Assembly (NCBI GenBank): GCA_964638415.1
Contig: CAZWYP010000001.1
Coordinates: 53,706-117,705 of the forward strand
Direction of reading: 5' to 3'
DNA: 64,000 nt
From: an uncultured Gammaproteobacteria bacterium
GTDB taxonomy: Bacteria; Patescibacteriota; Patescibacteriia; UBA1558; GWA2-36-10
Shown here: in pieces, positions 39,180 to 49,185 of the stretch
Layout: each line of letters starts with the position of its first letter
How positions within the stretch are numbered: position 1 is the stretch's first letter
The notes under the pieces: generated by a model
What the model saw: the letters and a program-made list of their open reading frames with translations, nothing else
Told to the model about the DNA's origin: nothing
Database searches by the model: none
Position numbers and translations under genes: made by a program

Positions 39180-41075
39180 ATGCTTTGGTTTATTAGGGTA
39201 AGAGAATTTATTGATAAAAATAGTGCAGTTATTCTTTGGCTAGCCATTATTACCTATGCAGTTATTTTCAGTTTATTGACTCTAAAAAAACTGGATTTGT
39301 TTTTGTATAATGCTTATGACTTGGCAATTTTTAACCAAGTGTTCTGGAACACTCTGCATGGCGATTGGCTTAATATGACGATTAATGCCAATTCTTATTT
39401 AGCTGATCATTTTACGCCAATCCTTTTTTTATTTTTGCCGATTTATTGGCTAAAACCTGGACCGGAACTGTTGTTGATTTTACAGAGCTGCTTATTAGCT
39501 TTAGCCGCCTGGCCATTGTATGCTATTAGTCGTTTAATTTTGCAGGATAAATTTATTTCTCTAGGCATTGGTTTATTATGGCTGTTTAATCCAGTAGTGC
39601 ACAGTATTAATTTTTATGAATTTCACTTAGAAACTGTTTTAGCTTTTTTAATACTTTGGGTATTTTATTTTTACCAGCGTGAGAAGCTTGGCTTATTTTT
39701 ATTATTCTTCTGCTTAAGCTTACTAGTCAGGGAAGATGCCGCAATTGCTATGATTGGTTTTTCTTTTCTGGCTATTTTAGATAAACGTTCTTGGCAATGG
39801 ATTTTAATCCCGGGACTATTAGCTATTGTCTATTTTATTTTTGCCATTAAGCTGATCAGCTTTTTTTCTCCAATAGAAAACTATAAATTTTTGGTTTATT
39901 ACCAATGGGCCGGTGGAGATTCCTTGTTGACCATTATCTGGTCATGGTTTAAGCAGCCGTTGGAATTTTTAAGGCACTTATTTAACTGGCATAATCTTAA
40001 TTTTTTTATTCTCTTTCTTCCCTTATGTTTCTTACCGTTATTAAAGCCAAAATATCTAATCCTTATTATTTTACCCGCCTTACAGATATTTTTAACCAGC
40101 TCTGGCTTTAGTAGTTTTGTTGCTTTTAGCCATTATGCCGTTTTCTTTTTGCCCGCCCTGTTTATTGCTTTTATTTTCTCTGTTGAAAAAGTCCAGCAGT
40201 CTAGCAGGATACTAAGGGAAAACAAGGCATTTTTAGGGATAGTTTTTCTGGTAACTACTTTTTATTTTTTATTTACTCTTTCACCGGCTAGTGCTGGTTT
40301 CCAACCCAACCATTACTTTAAAGGCGATTATTTCGTTAATAATATTGGATTAGACTCTAAGGTAGCGGTAAGTGATAATCTTGCTCCGCTATTAAGCAGC
40401 CGTTCGGAAATTTATTTAGTGCGCTATGCTTATGTTGGCCGAAACCAATTTTCCACACTGCCTTGGCAATTGCCTCCAGTGGACTATATTTTAATTGACT
40501 GGCAGAGTTTTTTTCAAGAAATATACCGGGCTAATTATGATCGGATGAGCGCAGAGCAGCAAGACAGGATAGCAGTAAATTGGCAGAGCCTTTTATCTAA
40601 TTACTCATTAATAGAAGCTAAAGACGGGATTTATTTATTTAAAGCTAAAGATCAGCAAGAATTTGCAGGATATCCATTATTGGCAAAGGCTCAAGATATT
40701 AATGGTCTTGCTGAACAAACGGCTTCTAAGCAGGGATTGATTTTAGCAGATCGGCTTGCCAAGCAAGGAGATTTTTACCAGCTGCAGATAGTCTATGATT
40801 CCAGTTTTATAGACAGCAGCAAGTCGTATTTAATTAGATTCTATAGGCAAGATAATACTAGTTTTGATCTTCCTCTAGATTACGGGTTATTGCCTACCAG
40901 GCTTTGGCCAGTTAATCAGCCAACCAGCTTTTATTATTATCTTAATCCTCAGGAAGTAGTCGGCTACCAAATTTTTAGCTGGTCGGAATTCAGCAAAGCC
41001 TTAGGCAAGGTTAATGAAGTGGTATTCAATATGAAAACAGAACCAGCTTCGGATTTAAGGAAAATTAGCCAATAA
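39180..41075 (+). CDS. DUF2079 family polytopic membrane protein
   Basis: 631 aa. The N-terminal conserved YNAYDLAIFNQVFWNTLHG segment and at least 12 TM helices, then a large C-terminal soluble domain, are typical of DUF2079 proteins. Confidence 0.6.
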   Translation: MLWFIRVREFIDKNSAVILWLAIITYAVIFSLLTLKKLDLFLYNAYDLAIFNQVFWNTLHGDWLNMTINANSYLADHFTPILFLFLPIYWLKPGPELLLILQSCLLALAAWPLYAISRLILQDKFISLGIGLLWLFNPVVHSINFYEFHLETVLAFLILWVFYFYQREKLGLFLLFFCLSLLVREDAAIAMIGFSFLAILDKRSWQWILIPGLLAIVYFIFAIKLISFFSPIENYKFLVYYQWAGGDSLLTIIWSWFKQPLEFLRHLFNWHNLNFFILFLPLCFLPLLKPKYLILIILPALQIFLTSSGFSSFVAFSHYAVFFLPALFIAFIFSVEKVQQSSRILRENKAFLGIVFLVTTFYFLFTLSPASAGFQPNHYFKGDYFVNNIGLDSKVAVSDNLAPLLSSRSEIYLVRYAYVGRNQFSTLPWQLPPVDYILIDWQSFFQEIYRANYDRMSAEQQDRIAVNWQSLLSNYSLIEAKDGIYLFKAKDQQEFAGYPLLAKAQDINGLAEQTASKQGLILADRLAKQGDFYQLQIVYDSSFIDSSKSYLIRFYRQDNTSFDLPLDYGLLPTRLWPVNQPTSFYYYLNPQEVVGYQIFSWSEFSKALGKVNEVVFNMKTEPASDLRKISQ

Positions 41076-41078
41076 AAA

Positions 41079-41109
41079 ATCTCCGCCAGGCATGGACGCG
41101 GAGATTTTT
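41079..41109 (+). terminator. rho-independent terminator
   Basis: ATCTCCGC-caggcatggac-GCGGAGAT hairpin followed by TTTTT. Confidence 0.7.
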
Positions 41110-41296
41110 AGCAAGGTGTATTTTAGATATTTGTATCTTATTATCTTAGTCTAAATAAGTCAAGGATTTTCCAAGCTCCTCTGGCCAACAGCCTCTTTTC
41201 CCGGTTGATTTTTTCCTAGAAAAATGGTAGTCTGAGCTTACTAAGCAGCATAAATATCCTAATATTTATGCTTTTTAATTTATCAGACAAGAGCCT

Positions 41297-42004
41297 ATGA
41301 GCGGACATTCAAAATGGGCGACTACCAAGCGGGCTAAGGCCGCGGTTGACGCTAAACGCAGCAATTTATTTACCAAATTATCTAAGAATATCATTATTGC
41401 CGCCAAGCAGGGAGCAGACCCCAATGCTAATTTCAAATTAAGGCTGGCTATCGACAAAGCCCGTGCTTTCAGCATGCCCAAGGATAATATTGAACGGGCC
41501 ATTGCTCGGGCTACTGGCGCAGGTTCTGATGCCCAAATGGAAAGTTTGGTGTATGAAGCTTATGGACCGGAGGGTGCAGCGATTATTATTGATGTGGTAA
41601 CGGACAGTCGCAATCGTTCAGTGTCCAATATTAAGCATATTCTGGCTAAGTATGATGGCAAGCTGGGTAATGCCGGCAGCGTGCTCTGGATGTTTGATTT
41701 GAAGGGGGAAATTGTTTTAGCCAAGACACAGTTAACTGAAGCAGAAGAATTAATAGCCATTGAAGCTGGTGCAGAAGATATTGTGCCGGATGAAGAAGGA
41801 GTGTTGGTTATTACCAGTCAGCATGAATTGGAGACAGTAAAGAATAAGTTAGCGGCTTCCGGTTTGGAAATTAAATCCTCTGCCCTTAATTATTATCCTA
41901 AAGAGAAAGTAGTGGTTGCCGACAAGGATAAGTTGCTAAGATTATTAGATGCTTTGGATGATGACGATGATGTCAATAATGTGTATACTAACGCAGATAT
42001 TTAA
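41297..42004 (+). CDS. yebC: YebC/PmpR family DNA-binding transcriptional regulator
   Basis: MSGHSKWATTKRAKAAVDAKRSNLFTKLSKNIIIAAKQGADP is the canonical YebC N-terminus. 235 aa. Confidence 0.93.
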   Translation: MSGHSKWATTKRAKAAVDAKRSNLFTKLSKNIIIAAKQGADPNANFKLRLAIDKARAFSMPKDNIERAIARATGAGSDAQMESLVYEAYGPEGAAIIIDVVTDSRNRSVSNIKHILAKYDGKLGNAGSVLWMFDLKGEIVLAKTQLTEAEELIAIEAGAEDIVPDEEGVLVITSQHELETVKNKLAASGLEIKSSALNYYPKEKVVVADKDKLLRLLDALDDDDDVNNVYTNADI

Positions 42005-42501
42005 TGGCTAGTTCAGCTAAAATTATTTTAGGCATAGATCCCGGCTTAGCGGATACCGGCTTTGGCGTTATTAGCCTGCAGCCCAGCCTGACTTTTTTAA
42101 CCGCCGGCACCATTAGGACTAAAAAAGATTTAACTACTCCTGCCCGCTTGCAGATTATTTTCACGGAAGTAAAAAAACTCTTAGCAGAGTTTAAGCCAGA
42201 TCTAGTGGCTATTGAAAAATTATTTTTTGCCCGCAATGTAACTACTGCTCTAGAAGTCGGTCAAGCGCGGGGCGTGGTATTATTAGCTGCCGCTAGTATT
42301 AATAAGCCAATTAGAGAGTTTACTCCGTTACAGGTCAAACAGGCAGTGACGGGTTCTGGCAAAGCCGACAAGCGGCAAATCGGCTTAATGGTCAAAACCT
42401 TATTAAAATTAGACAGCGTGCCCCAGCCGGATGATGCGGCTGACGCCTTAGCGATTGCCATCTGTGCTGCGGCCAATAATTCCAAATTAATTAAAGCATG
42501 A
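42004..42501 (+). CDS. ruvC: crossover junction endodeoxyribonuclease RuvC
   Basis: ILGIDPGLADTGFGVI (catalytic Asp) and RNase H-like fold length (165 aa). Start overlaps the yebC stop. Confidence 0.92.
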   Translation: MASSAKIILGIDPGLADTGFGVISLQPSLTFLTAGTIRTKKDLTTPARLQIIFTEVKKLLAEFKPDLVAIEKLFFARNVTTALEVGQARGVVLLAAASINKPIREFTPLQVKQAVTGSGKADKRQIGLMVKTLLKLDSVPQPDDAADALAIAICAAANNSKLIKA

Positions 42502-43979
42502 AGAATTTAAAAATCGTCAGTATTGCTTCTGAAGTTGATCCGTTTGCCAAAAGCGGCGGCTTAGCCGATGTGGCCCGTTCCCTGCCTAAGTCTCTTTACC
42601 GCTTAGGCCATGAGGTGATTATCATCACCCCGCTTTATGGCAAGGTGATGGATAAGGATAAATTCCACTTGGAACAGATTTACCAGGATGTTAATCTTCA
42701 TATTGATAGCAATAACACCGTCAAAGTCAGCTATTACCGCGGTGAGCTTTTGCCCGGATTAAAAGTTTACTTTGTCGGCAACGATAAGTATTTTTCCCGG
42801 CGCAAGGATCTTTACGGCTCTACTCATGAGAATGCCCGCTTTTATTTATTCTCGGTAGCCGCCTTAAAGCTTATCTCCCTGCTTAAATTCAAAGCAGATA
42901 TTATCCATTGCCATGACTGGCATACCGGCTTAATTCCCTATTTAAAGAAAACCCGCTTTAAGGCTAGTAAGACCTTAGCGCAGGCAGCCACAGTTTTTAC
43001 CATTCACAACTTAACTTACCAGCTAGGCTCTAATTGGTGGGAAGTGCCGGTAAAAAACCGCGATCAGGGCAAAAAAGCTTTGCCGGAATTTTCCGATCCG
43101 GCTTTGGAGTATATTAATTTTGCCAAGCGGGGGATTTTGTCTGCGGATATCATCAACACTGTTTCAGAAACTTATGCGCAAGAGATTCTGCGCAAGCATT
43201 TCGGTCAGGACCTGCACCGCATCCTACTGAATCGCCAGCATAAATTATTCGGCGTAGTTAATGGCATAGACTACAATGAGTATAATCCCAAAACTGACAA
43301 AGGCTTGCATAAGAACTATACGCCAGAAACTTTAGCTAAGAAGAAAAATAATAAGCGGTATTTGCAGGAGCATTACCAATTGCCGGTTAAAGACAATTTT
43401 CCACTGATCGGCCTGACCTCAAGAATCGTGGAGCAGAAGGGCTTTGACCTGATCTTAGAAGTCTTACCTACCATTCTATTGCGCGATGTGCAGCTAATTA
43501 TTATGGGAGACGGGGATAAGGAATATTTAAAGAAGCTTAATAAATTGAAAAAGAAATTCCCGGAAAAATTACAGATAGTGCCTTTTGACAGTGAGATGGA
43601 AACCTCCATTTATGCCGGCGCGGATATGTTCCTGCTACCCTCCAGATTTGAGCCCTGCGGCATTAACCAGCTGATCGGTTTGCGTTATGGCTGCGTGCCT
43701 ATAGTGCGCTCTACCGGCGGTTTAGGAGACACGGTAGATAATTTCAGCCCAGATGAAAAACCACAGGGCAATGGCTTTACTTTCAAGAATTACAGCAATA
43801 AGGAATTGCTGGTAGCCATTACCCGCGCTTTGGAAACTTACAAATACAAGGAAGTTTGGCAGGATTTAGTTAAGCGCGGTATGCAGGCCTCCTTTTCCTG
43901 GGAATTACCAGCGCAAAGGTATTTACAGTTATATAAAAAAGCCAAAAAATTTAAAGATGAAGAAAATAACTTGGGTTAA
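42498..43979 (+). CDS. glgA: glycogen/starch synthase (GT5, NDP-glucose dependent)
   Basis: N-terminal KxGGL motif (AKSGGLADVARSLPKSL), CHDWHTGL, C-terminal PSRFEPCGINQL. 493 aa. Confidence 0.9.
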   Translation: MKNLKIVSIASEVDPFAKSGGLADVARSLPKSLYRLGHEVIIITPLYGKVMDKDKFHLEQIYQDVNLHIDSNNTVKVSYYRGELLPGLKVYFVGNDKYFSRRKDLYGSTHENARFYLFSVAALKLISLLKFKADIIHCHDWHTGLIPYLKKTRFKASKTLAQAATVFTIHNLTYQLGSNWWEVPVKNRDQGKKALPEFSDPALEYINFAKRGILSADIINTVSETYAQEILRKHFGQDLHRILLNRQHKLFGVVNGIDYNEYNPKTDKGLHKNYTPETLAKKKNNKRYLQEHYQLPVKDNFPLIGLTSRIVEQKGFDLILEVLPTILLRDVQLIIMGDGDKEYLKKLNKLKKKFPEKLQIVPFDSEMETSIYAGADMFLLPSRFEPCGINQLIGLRYGCVPIVRSTGGLGDTVDNFSPDEKPQGNGFTFKNYSNKELLVAITRALETYKYKEVWQDLVKRGMQASFSWELPAQRYLQLYKKAKKFKDEENNLG

Positions 43980-45102
43980 TTTTTTGCATATTTACCAGCC
44001 ACCTTGGCAGCAACCGGGAGTAATTAGGCAGGCGGCCATAGAAAGCTATGATTATCTCCTTACTTTGCTGGAAAAGTATCCCCGCTGCCGTTTGACGCTT
44101 AATATTGCCGGCGTATTGGTTGAACAGCTGGAAACTATTGCCCCAGAATTATTAGTTTCCCTGCAGAGCTTAGTGGCTCGAGGCAGAGTGGAATTAACTG
44201 GTTCAGCCAAGTATCATGCCCTATTACCTTTATTGCCGGTGGCGGAAGCAGAGCGGCAGATTTTGCTTAACCAGGAAACCTTGAGTCGTTATTTTAATTT
44301 CCAGCCTCGGGGATTTTATCTGCCGGAAATGGCTTACAGCAGCCAAGTGGCTAAATTAATTAAAGAGCTTGGCTACCAATGGCTAATTTTAGATCCCATT
44401 ACTTATGCCGGACAAGTAGATAACACTGTTTTGTATAATCTTAAAAACATCGGCTTGTCAGTAGTCTTTAGAGATCGGCAGATTTCCAAGAGTTATCCCG
44501 CGGAAGTGATATATAACAAACTGGAAAAAGATTTTAAGGAAGAAGTAATTATTACCGGCACTGACGGGGAAATGTACGGCCATTACCATGAAGACTGGCA
44601 GGGGCATATTGAAAAGGTCTTAGCTTCCCCTCAAGTGCAGGCCATTGGCATCAGCGAATATTTAGCCGGACTCACTAAGAAAAAAGAAATCAGCTTGCGC
44701 ACTGCCAGCTGGGAAACCACGGAAAAAGATCTGCAGCAGAAAATTCCCTTTGCCTTATGGCAGCATCCGCAGAATAAAATACACAAACTGCTTTGGCAGC
44801 TGGTGGCTTTAGCCCAAGCGGCGATTGCCAAATATCCTGAAGATGATAATTTCTTTTGGGCTAGAGAGCATTTGGATCGCGGCTTGTCTTCCTGCACTTT
44901 CTGGTGGGCTTCAGCCGTCAAGCCTTCAGAGTTCTCTCCCTTAACCTGGAATCCGGACATGATTGATAACGGCTCGGAAGAATTAATCCGTAGCATTCGC
45001 TCTTTGTCTTCTGCCACCAAACAGGAGAAACTGCAGGCAGAGAAAGTTTACATTGAATTGAAAAAAGTCACTTGGGAAAATCATTGGGAAAAATATAATT
45101 AA
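43957..45102 (+). CDS. glycoside hydrolase family 57-like protein
   Basis: The N-terminal FLHIYQPP...LTLNIAGVLVEQL resembles the GH57 catalytic (beta/alpha)7 N-terminus. Embedded between glgA and a kinase gene. Shorter than characterised GH57 branching enzymes. Confidence 0.55.
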   Translation: MKKITWVNFLHIYQPPWQQPGVIRQAAIESYDYLLTLLEKYPRCRLTLNIAGVLVEQLETIAPELLVSLQSLVARGRVELTGSAKYHALLPLLPVAEAERQILLNQETLSRYFNFQPRGFYLPEMAYSSQVAKLIKELGYQWLILDPITYAGQVDNTVLYNLKNIGLSVVFRDRQISKSYPAEVIYNKLEKDFKEEVIITGTDGEMYGHYHEDWQGHIEKVLASPQVQAIGISEYLAGLTKKKEISLRTASWETTEKDLQQKIPFALWQHPQNKIHKLLWQLVALAQAAIAKYPEDDNFFWAREHLDRGLSSCTFWWASAVKPSEFSPLTWNPDMIDNGSEELIRSIRSLSSATKQEKLQAEKVYIELKKVTWENHWEKYN

Positions 45103-45106
45103 ATTT

Positions 45107-46189
45107 ATGAATCGTAAATCCATACCAGACAGTTTAAAAAAGCAAATAGCTAAATTAGCCGACAGCAAGTTTATTACCAAAGTATTAACTGAGCAGCTGC
45201 CTAATTTTTATCCGGATTTTAAGAAATTAGCCAAGCTTAAGATTATTCCTCACAAGAAGCATATTGGTAAAACTTCCGCAGTTTTTGTCATTGAATACCA
45301 GCTTAGTTACTTTGCCGCGGCTAAGCAGGAAAAACCCTTGCGCCTGTTTGCTACCGGCCATTCGGACGGCTCCCGTCGCTCAGCCTATGACAAGCTTAAT
45401 CTTTTGTTTAACAATGGCTTTGGCGACGGACAGTATACCGTTACCAAACCATTGTTTTTCTTAGACGAGCAGCAGGGATTTTTTTATGAAGCTTCACCGG
45501 GACGCAGCCTTTACCACTGGTTTTCTAAAGATCCTCAGGCAGATTTGACCAATGCCCTGCAATTATCTGCCGGCTGGATCCGCAAGCTGCATAATTTATC
45601 TATTAAAGAGCGTTTTGCTTTTCCGCAGTTTGCCATTGCTAATATGATTCCTGCACCAGACAAATTCTTAGCAGATTTCCGCAAGAGCAATCCAGAATTG
45701 GGAGACTGGGTCAGTGAAATGGTTAATACCATGCAGACCTGGGAGGCAAAATTCAACCAGGAGCATGATTTGGGCTTAATTTATGGAGATTACCATCCAG
45801 AGAATGTAATTGTAGACGGCCTGCAGGCTAAAGGGCTTAAGATGATTGACTTTACCGATGTCGCTTTGGGCGATCCAATGATCGACTTAGGTACTTTCTT
45901 GGAGCAGTTCTATTTCATGAGCCAAGCATATATGACTCCGGCCAAAGTCAAAGCCTACAAAGAGTATTTCCTGGCTAATTATTTCAACCAGGAGCTTAAA
46001 GACTTGCCCAGCCATTATTTCCAAAGGATCAATCTCTACCAAGCCTGGACTGCTATGCGCACTGCTGTCTTTATCTTCTACCAGAACAAGCCCAATTCAG
46101 TGAACGATGTCTTGGGAGATGCGGAAAAGTATTTGAAATTATTAACTGAGGCTAAAAAGCAGATTAGCCTGCACCACCATGAAGCATAA
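45107..46189 (+). CDS. APH/ChoK-type phosphotransferase (kinase-like fold), possible sugar kinase
   Basis: Brenner motif YGDYHPENVIV and metal-binding IDFTDVALGDPMIDL. The glgA context suggests, but does not prove, a maltokinase-like role. Confidence 0.6.
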   Translation: MNRKSIPDSLKKQIAKLADSKFITKVLTEQLPNFYPDFKKLAKLKIIPHKKHIGKTSAVFVIEYQLSYFAAAKQEKPLRLFATGHSDGSRRSAYDKLNLLFNNGFGDGQYTVTKPLFFLDEQQGFFYEASPGRSLYHWFSKDPQADLTNALQLSAGWIRKLHNLSIKERFAFPQFAIANMIPAPDKFLADFRKSNPELGDWVSEMVNTMQTWEAKFNQEHDLGLIYGDYHPENVIVDGLQAKGLKMIDFTDVALGDPMIDLGTFLEQFYFMSQAYMTPAKVKAYKEYFLANYFNQELKDLPSHYFQRINLYQAWTAMRTAVFIFYQNKPNSVNDVLGDAEKYLKLLTEAKKQISLHHHEA

Positions 46190-46748
46190 AATTATTTTTG
46201 AAGGAGCGGAATTAGCCGGTAAGAGTTATCTATTAAGTCAGGTATATAATTACTTGGAACCTAAGTATAATTCCGGAGGAAGAATCCTTGACGGCTGCCA
46301 TTGGTTTAACTGCGATGTCGGCCTGTATGGCACGCCTTATGGCCAAACTACCTTGCAGAAATTCTTGGAACTGATGGAAGAGCTTGATGAAGCCAATGTC
46401 ATGCTGGAAAAATTCCATTTAGCCGAAGCAGTTTACCAACAGCTTTACCATGGCCAGGCTTTTAATTTTAAGCCTTTAGAAGAACGCTTGCAGAAGATCA
46501 AGGCCAAGATAGTCTTAGTTACTTTCCAAGAAGACGAGGAGCTAATTAAGCACCGCTTAGCAGATCGCTTAAAGCTCTATCCCCATTATGCTAAAATCGC
46601 CCAAGCGCCCCAAGCCTATATTTACCAGCAGCAGTTATATAAACAGCAGATTAAAGATAGCCAGCTTGAGCACTTAATTGTGGATGCCACTAAATTACCT
46701 AATGATAGTTTAGTTGATGAAATCCTAACTTTCTTAAAAGAAAAATAA
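46179..46748 (+). CDS. P-loop kinase (deoxynucleoside/nucleotide kinase-like)
   Basis: N-terminal IIFEGAELAGKSYL P-loop. 189 aa. Start overlaps the upstream gene. Confidence 0.5.
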   Translation: MKHKIIFEGAELAGKSYLLSQVYNYLEPKYNSGGRILDGCHWFNCDVGLYGTPYGQTTLQKFLELMEELDEANVMLEKFHLAEAVYQQLYHGQAFNFKPLEERLQKIKAKIVLVTFQEDEELIKHRLADRLKLYPHYAKIAQAPQAYIYQQQLYKQQIKDSQLEHLIVDATKLPNDSLVDEILTFLKEK

Positions 46749-46751
46749 AAT

Positions 46752-47624
46752 ATGTTAAGCAGTAAATTTGTAGATTTGCAAATCCATTCCCTTTACTCTG
46801 ATGGAGATTATACCCCCACCCAATTAGCTGCCTTGCTTAAGCATTATAATATTGCGGTAGCGGCTTTGACTGACCATAATACCGTCAAAGGCGTGCCGGA
46901 ATTTGTAAAAGCCTGCCAGAAGCTGAAAATAAAGCCCATTGCCGGCATTGAATTGTATGTGAAGTTTAATAATAAGCATTTGCATTTATTAGGATACAAT
47001 CTGGATATCCATAATAAATTCTTGCAGGCAGAGCTGGCTAAAATTCACTGGCGCAAATACCAGCTGCTAAAAAGTATTGTTTCCCCCTTAAAGAAAAAAG
47101 GCTTAGTAATTGATCCAGAAAAATTATCTCAAGAGCCCGCTGATTATATCGGTATGAACAATCTTTTGCACCACATTGAAGCTAATCCGGAAAATGTCCG
47201 GCAAATCCAAAAGACTCTAGGCAACCAGTTTTACGAGCATTGGCAGGTGATAGTGAAATACTTTGTCAAAGGCAGGAATACCTATTACCCGGAAGTATTT
47301 ATTCCCGTCAAATTAGGCCTTAAGATGATTCAGCGCGCTGGCGGTACTGCTATTCTAGCCCATCCTGGACAGCAGTTAAGATTTGAAGAGGACTACCTTA
47401 TCCGGCGGTTAGTTAAATTAGGTGTAGCCGGTATTGAATGCTTTTCTTCCCACCATAAATACAGCCAAATAGCCCATTATCTGCGTTTGGCTCAGCAGGA
47501 AAAGATCATTGCCACTGGCGGTTCAGATTTCCATGGCGATCTGGAAGACAAGTTAGCGATTAAGCGGCATTGGGATTATACCTTACTGCCTTTTAAGCTT
47601 TACCAAGACATTAAAAAATTCTAA
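46752..47624 (+). CDS. PHP family metal-dependent phosphoesterase
   Basis: N-terminal DLQIHSLYSDGDYTP and later ALTDHNTV, then AHPG. This is a PHP-domain His/Asp motif series. Confidence 0.75.
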   Translation: MLSSKFVDLQIHSLYSDGDYTPTQLAALLKHYNIAVAALTDHNTVKGVPEFVKACQKLKIKPIAGIELYVKFNNKHLHLLGYNLDIHNKFLQAELAKIHWRKYQLLKSIVSPLKKKGLVIDPEKLSQEPADYIGMNNLLHHIEANPENVRQIQKTLGNQFYEHWQVIVKYFVKGRNTYYPEVFIPVKLGLKMIQRAGGTAILAHPGQQLRFEEDYLIRRLVKLGVAGIECFSSHHKYSQIAHYLRLAQQEKIIATGGSDFHGDLEDKLAIKRHWDYTLLPFKLYQDIKKF

Positions 47625-47630
47625 ACAAGA

Positions 47631-47662
47631 CTCCTTAAGCTTTAAAACTTAAGGAGTTTTTT
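47631..47662 (+). terminator. rho-independent terminator
   Basis: CTCCTTAAG-ctttaaaa-CTTAAGGAG hairpin followed by TTTTTT. Confidence 0.8.
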
Positions 47663-47697
47663 ATTACTCTTAAATTATGATATAATTCTCCTGTAAA

Positions 47698-49185
47698 ATG
47701 TTTAACAGAAACAAAAATAAACCAGTAGTATTATTTGCCGGCGCTGAAATTGCGCCTTTGGTTAAGGTAGGAGGCTTAGGCGATGTGATGGGCTCTTTGC
47801 CCAAAGCGCTAGCTTCTTTAGGAGTGGACGTTAAGATTATTATCCCCTACTATGGCGCGATTAAATTGCCAAGTAAGCAAGTTAAACTAGTCAAAGCTAA
47901 TCTCCGCCTTAAGCTTGACGGACAGTTAAAGAAATTCAGTCTGTACCAGACTTCCTTACCTAATACCAAGATTCCCGTTTATCTTATTGCTTCACCGCTG
48001 TTTAAGGGAGAGGAAGTATATATTGGCAAAAGAAAGTATGTAAAGAAGAATGTCTATTCTCGCGGCTCGCAGGATATTGAAAGATTTGTTTTCTTTTCCA
48101 AAGCGGTTGTTGAAACAATTAAGCAAGTGCCCTTAAAGGTAGACATTGTCCATTGCCATGACTGGCATACAGCTTTAATTCCCACTTTTATTGATGAAGA
48201 AAGCTTACATGATTACGGTTTTTACAATTTAAAGACTTTGTTTACCATCCATAATCTAGCTAACCAAGGAATTGCCGGTTTAGATATTATTGACTACGCG
48301 GCTTTAGATAAAAAGCTGACACCGGCTATTATGGAGGATTATTATGATCAGGATGGTGATAGGATTGATTTGATGAAAATCGGGATTCTGACCGCTGACT
48401 TAGTTAATACCGTCAGCCCAAGTTATGCCAAAGAAATTTTAACTAAGGCTTATGGTGCTGGCTTACAAGAATATCTTAAGCGCAGGAAAAAGCATTTATC
48501 CGGGATTATTAACGGTATCGATACTCAAATATTCAATCCCCAGCAAGACAAGAATATTAAAAAAAGATACACTGCCAGTAATTTTTCTACTGCTCATTTA
48601 GTCAATAAGAAAGGTTTGCAGCAATCTGTTAAACTGCCAATAGTTTCTGCTCCAGTCTTTGGCTTAGTCAGCCGCTTAGTTAAGCAAAAAGGCTTAGACA
48701 TACTATTGCCAACTTTAGAGCAATTGCTTAAAGAAGAGGATATTCAAGTAATTATCTTAGGTTCCGGCCAGGAAGAATATGAACAGGCTTTACGCAAGTT
48801 AGCCAGGAAATATTCTAAGAAGCTAAAGGTTAAGATTGGGTTTAATTTGAAGCTAGCTCAGCAGATTTATGCCGGCGCGGATTGGTTTTTAATGCCTTCC
48901 CAGTTTGAGCCTTGCGGTTTAGGCCAGTTAATTGCTATGCGCTATGGCTGTCTGCCAATCGTGCGCAAAACCGGCGGATTAAAAGATACGGTGAAGCATA
49001 AAAGAAATGGCTTAGTATTTAGTCAGTATAAAGCTAAGTCCTTGGTTAAAGTTATTAGGCAGGCAATTAAAATTAGCAAACAGCCAGTAAAGATTAATAG
49101 GATGGTAAGATCTGCTTTAGCAGCAGATAATTCCTGGACAGTGTCAGCTAAGCAATATCTTAAGCTATATAACAAATTAAAATAA
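47698..49185 (+). CDS. glgA: glycogen/starch synthase, second paralog
   Basis: KVGGLGDVMGSLPKALASLG, CHDWHTAL, PSQFEPCGLGQL. The preceding AT-rich spacer begins with the 47631..47662 terminator and should also carry this gene's promoter. Confidence 0.9.
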   Translation: MFNRNKNKPVVLFAGAEIAPLVKVGGLGDVMGSLPKALASLGVDVKIIIPYYGAIKLPSKQVKLVKANLRLKLDGQLKKFSLYQTSLPNTKIPVYLIASPLFKGEEVYIGKRKYVKKNVYSRGSQDIERFVFFSKAVVETIKQVPLKVDIVHCHDWHTALIPTFIDEESLHDYGFYNLKTLFTIHNLANQGIAGLDIIDYAALDKKLTPAIMEDYYDQDGDRIDLMKIGILTADLVNTVSPSYAKEILTKAYGAGLQEYLKRRKKHLSGIINGIDTQIFNPQQDKNIKKRYTASNFSTAHLVNKKGLQQSVKLPIVSAPVFGLVSRLVKQKGLDILLPTLEQLLKEEDIQVIILGSGQEEYEQALRKLARKYSKKLKVKIGFNLKLAQQIYAGADWFLMPSQFEPCGLGQLIAMRYGCLPIVRKTGGLKDTVKHKRNGLVFSQYKAKSLVKVIRQAIKISKQPVKINRMVRSALAADNSWTVSAKQYLKLYNKLK

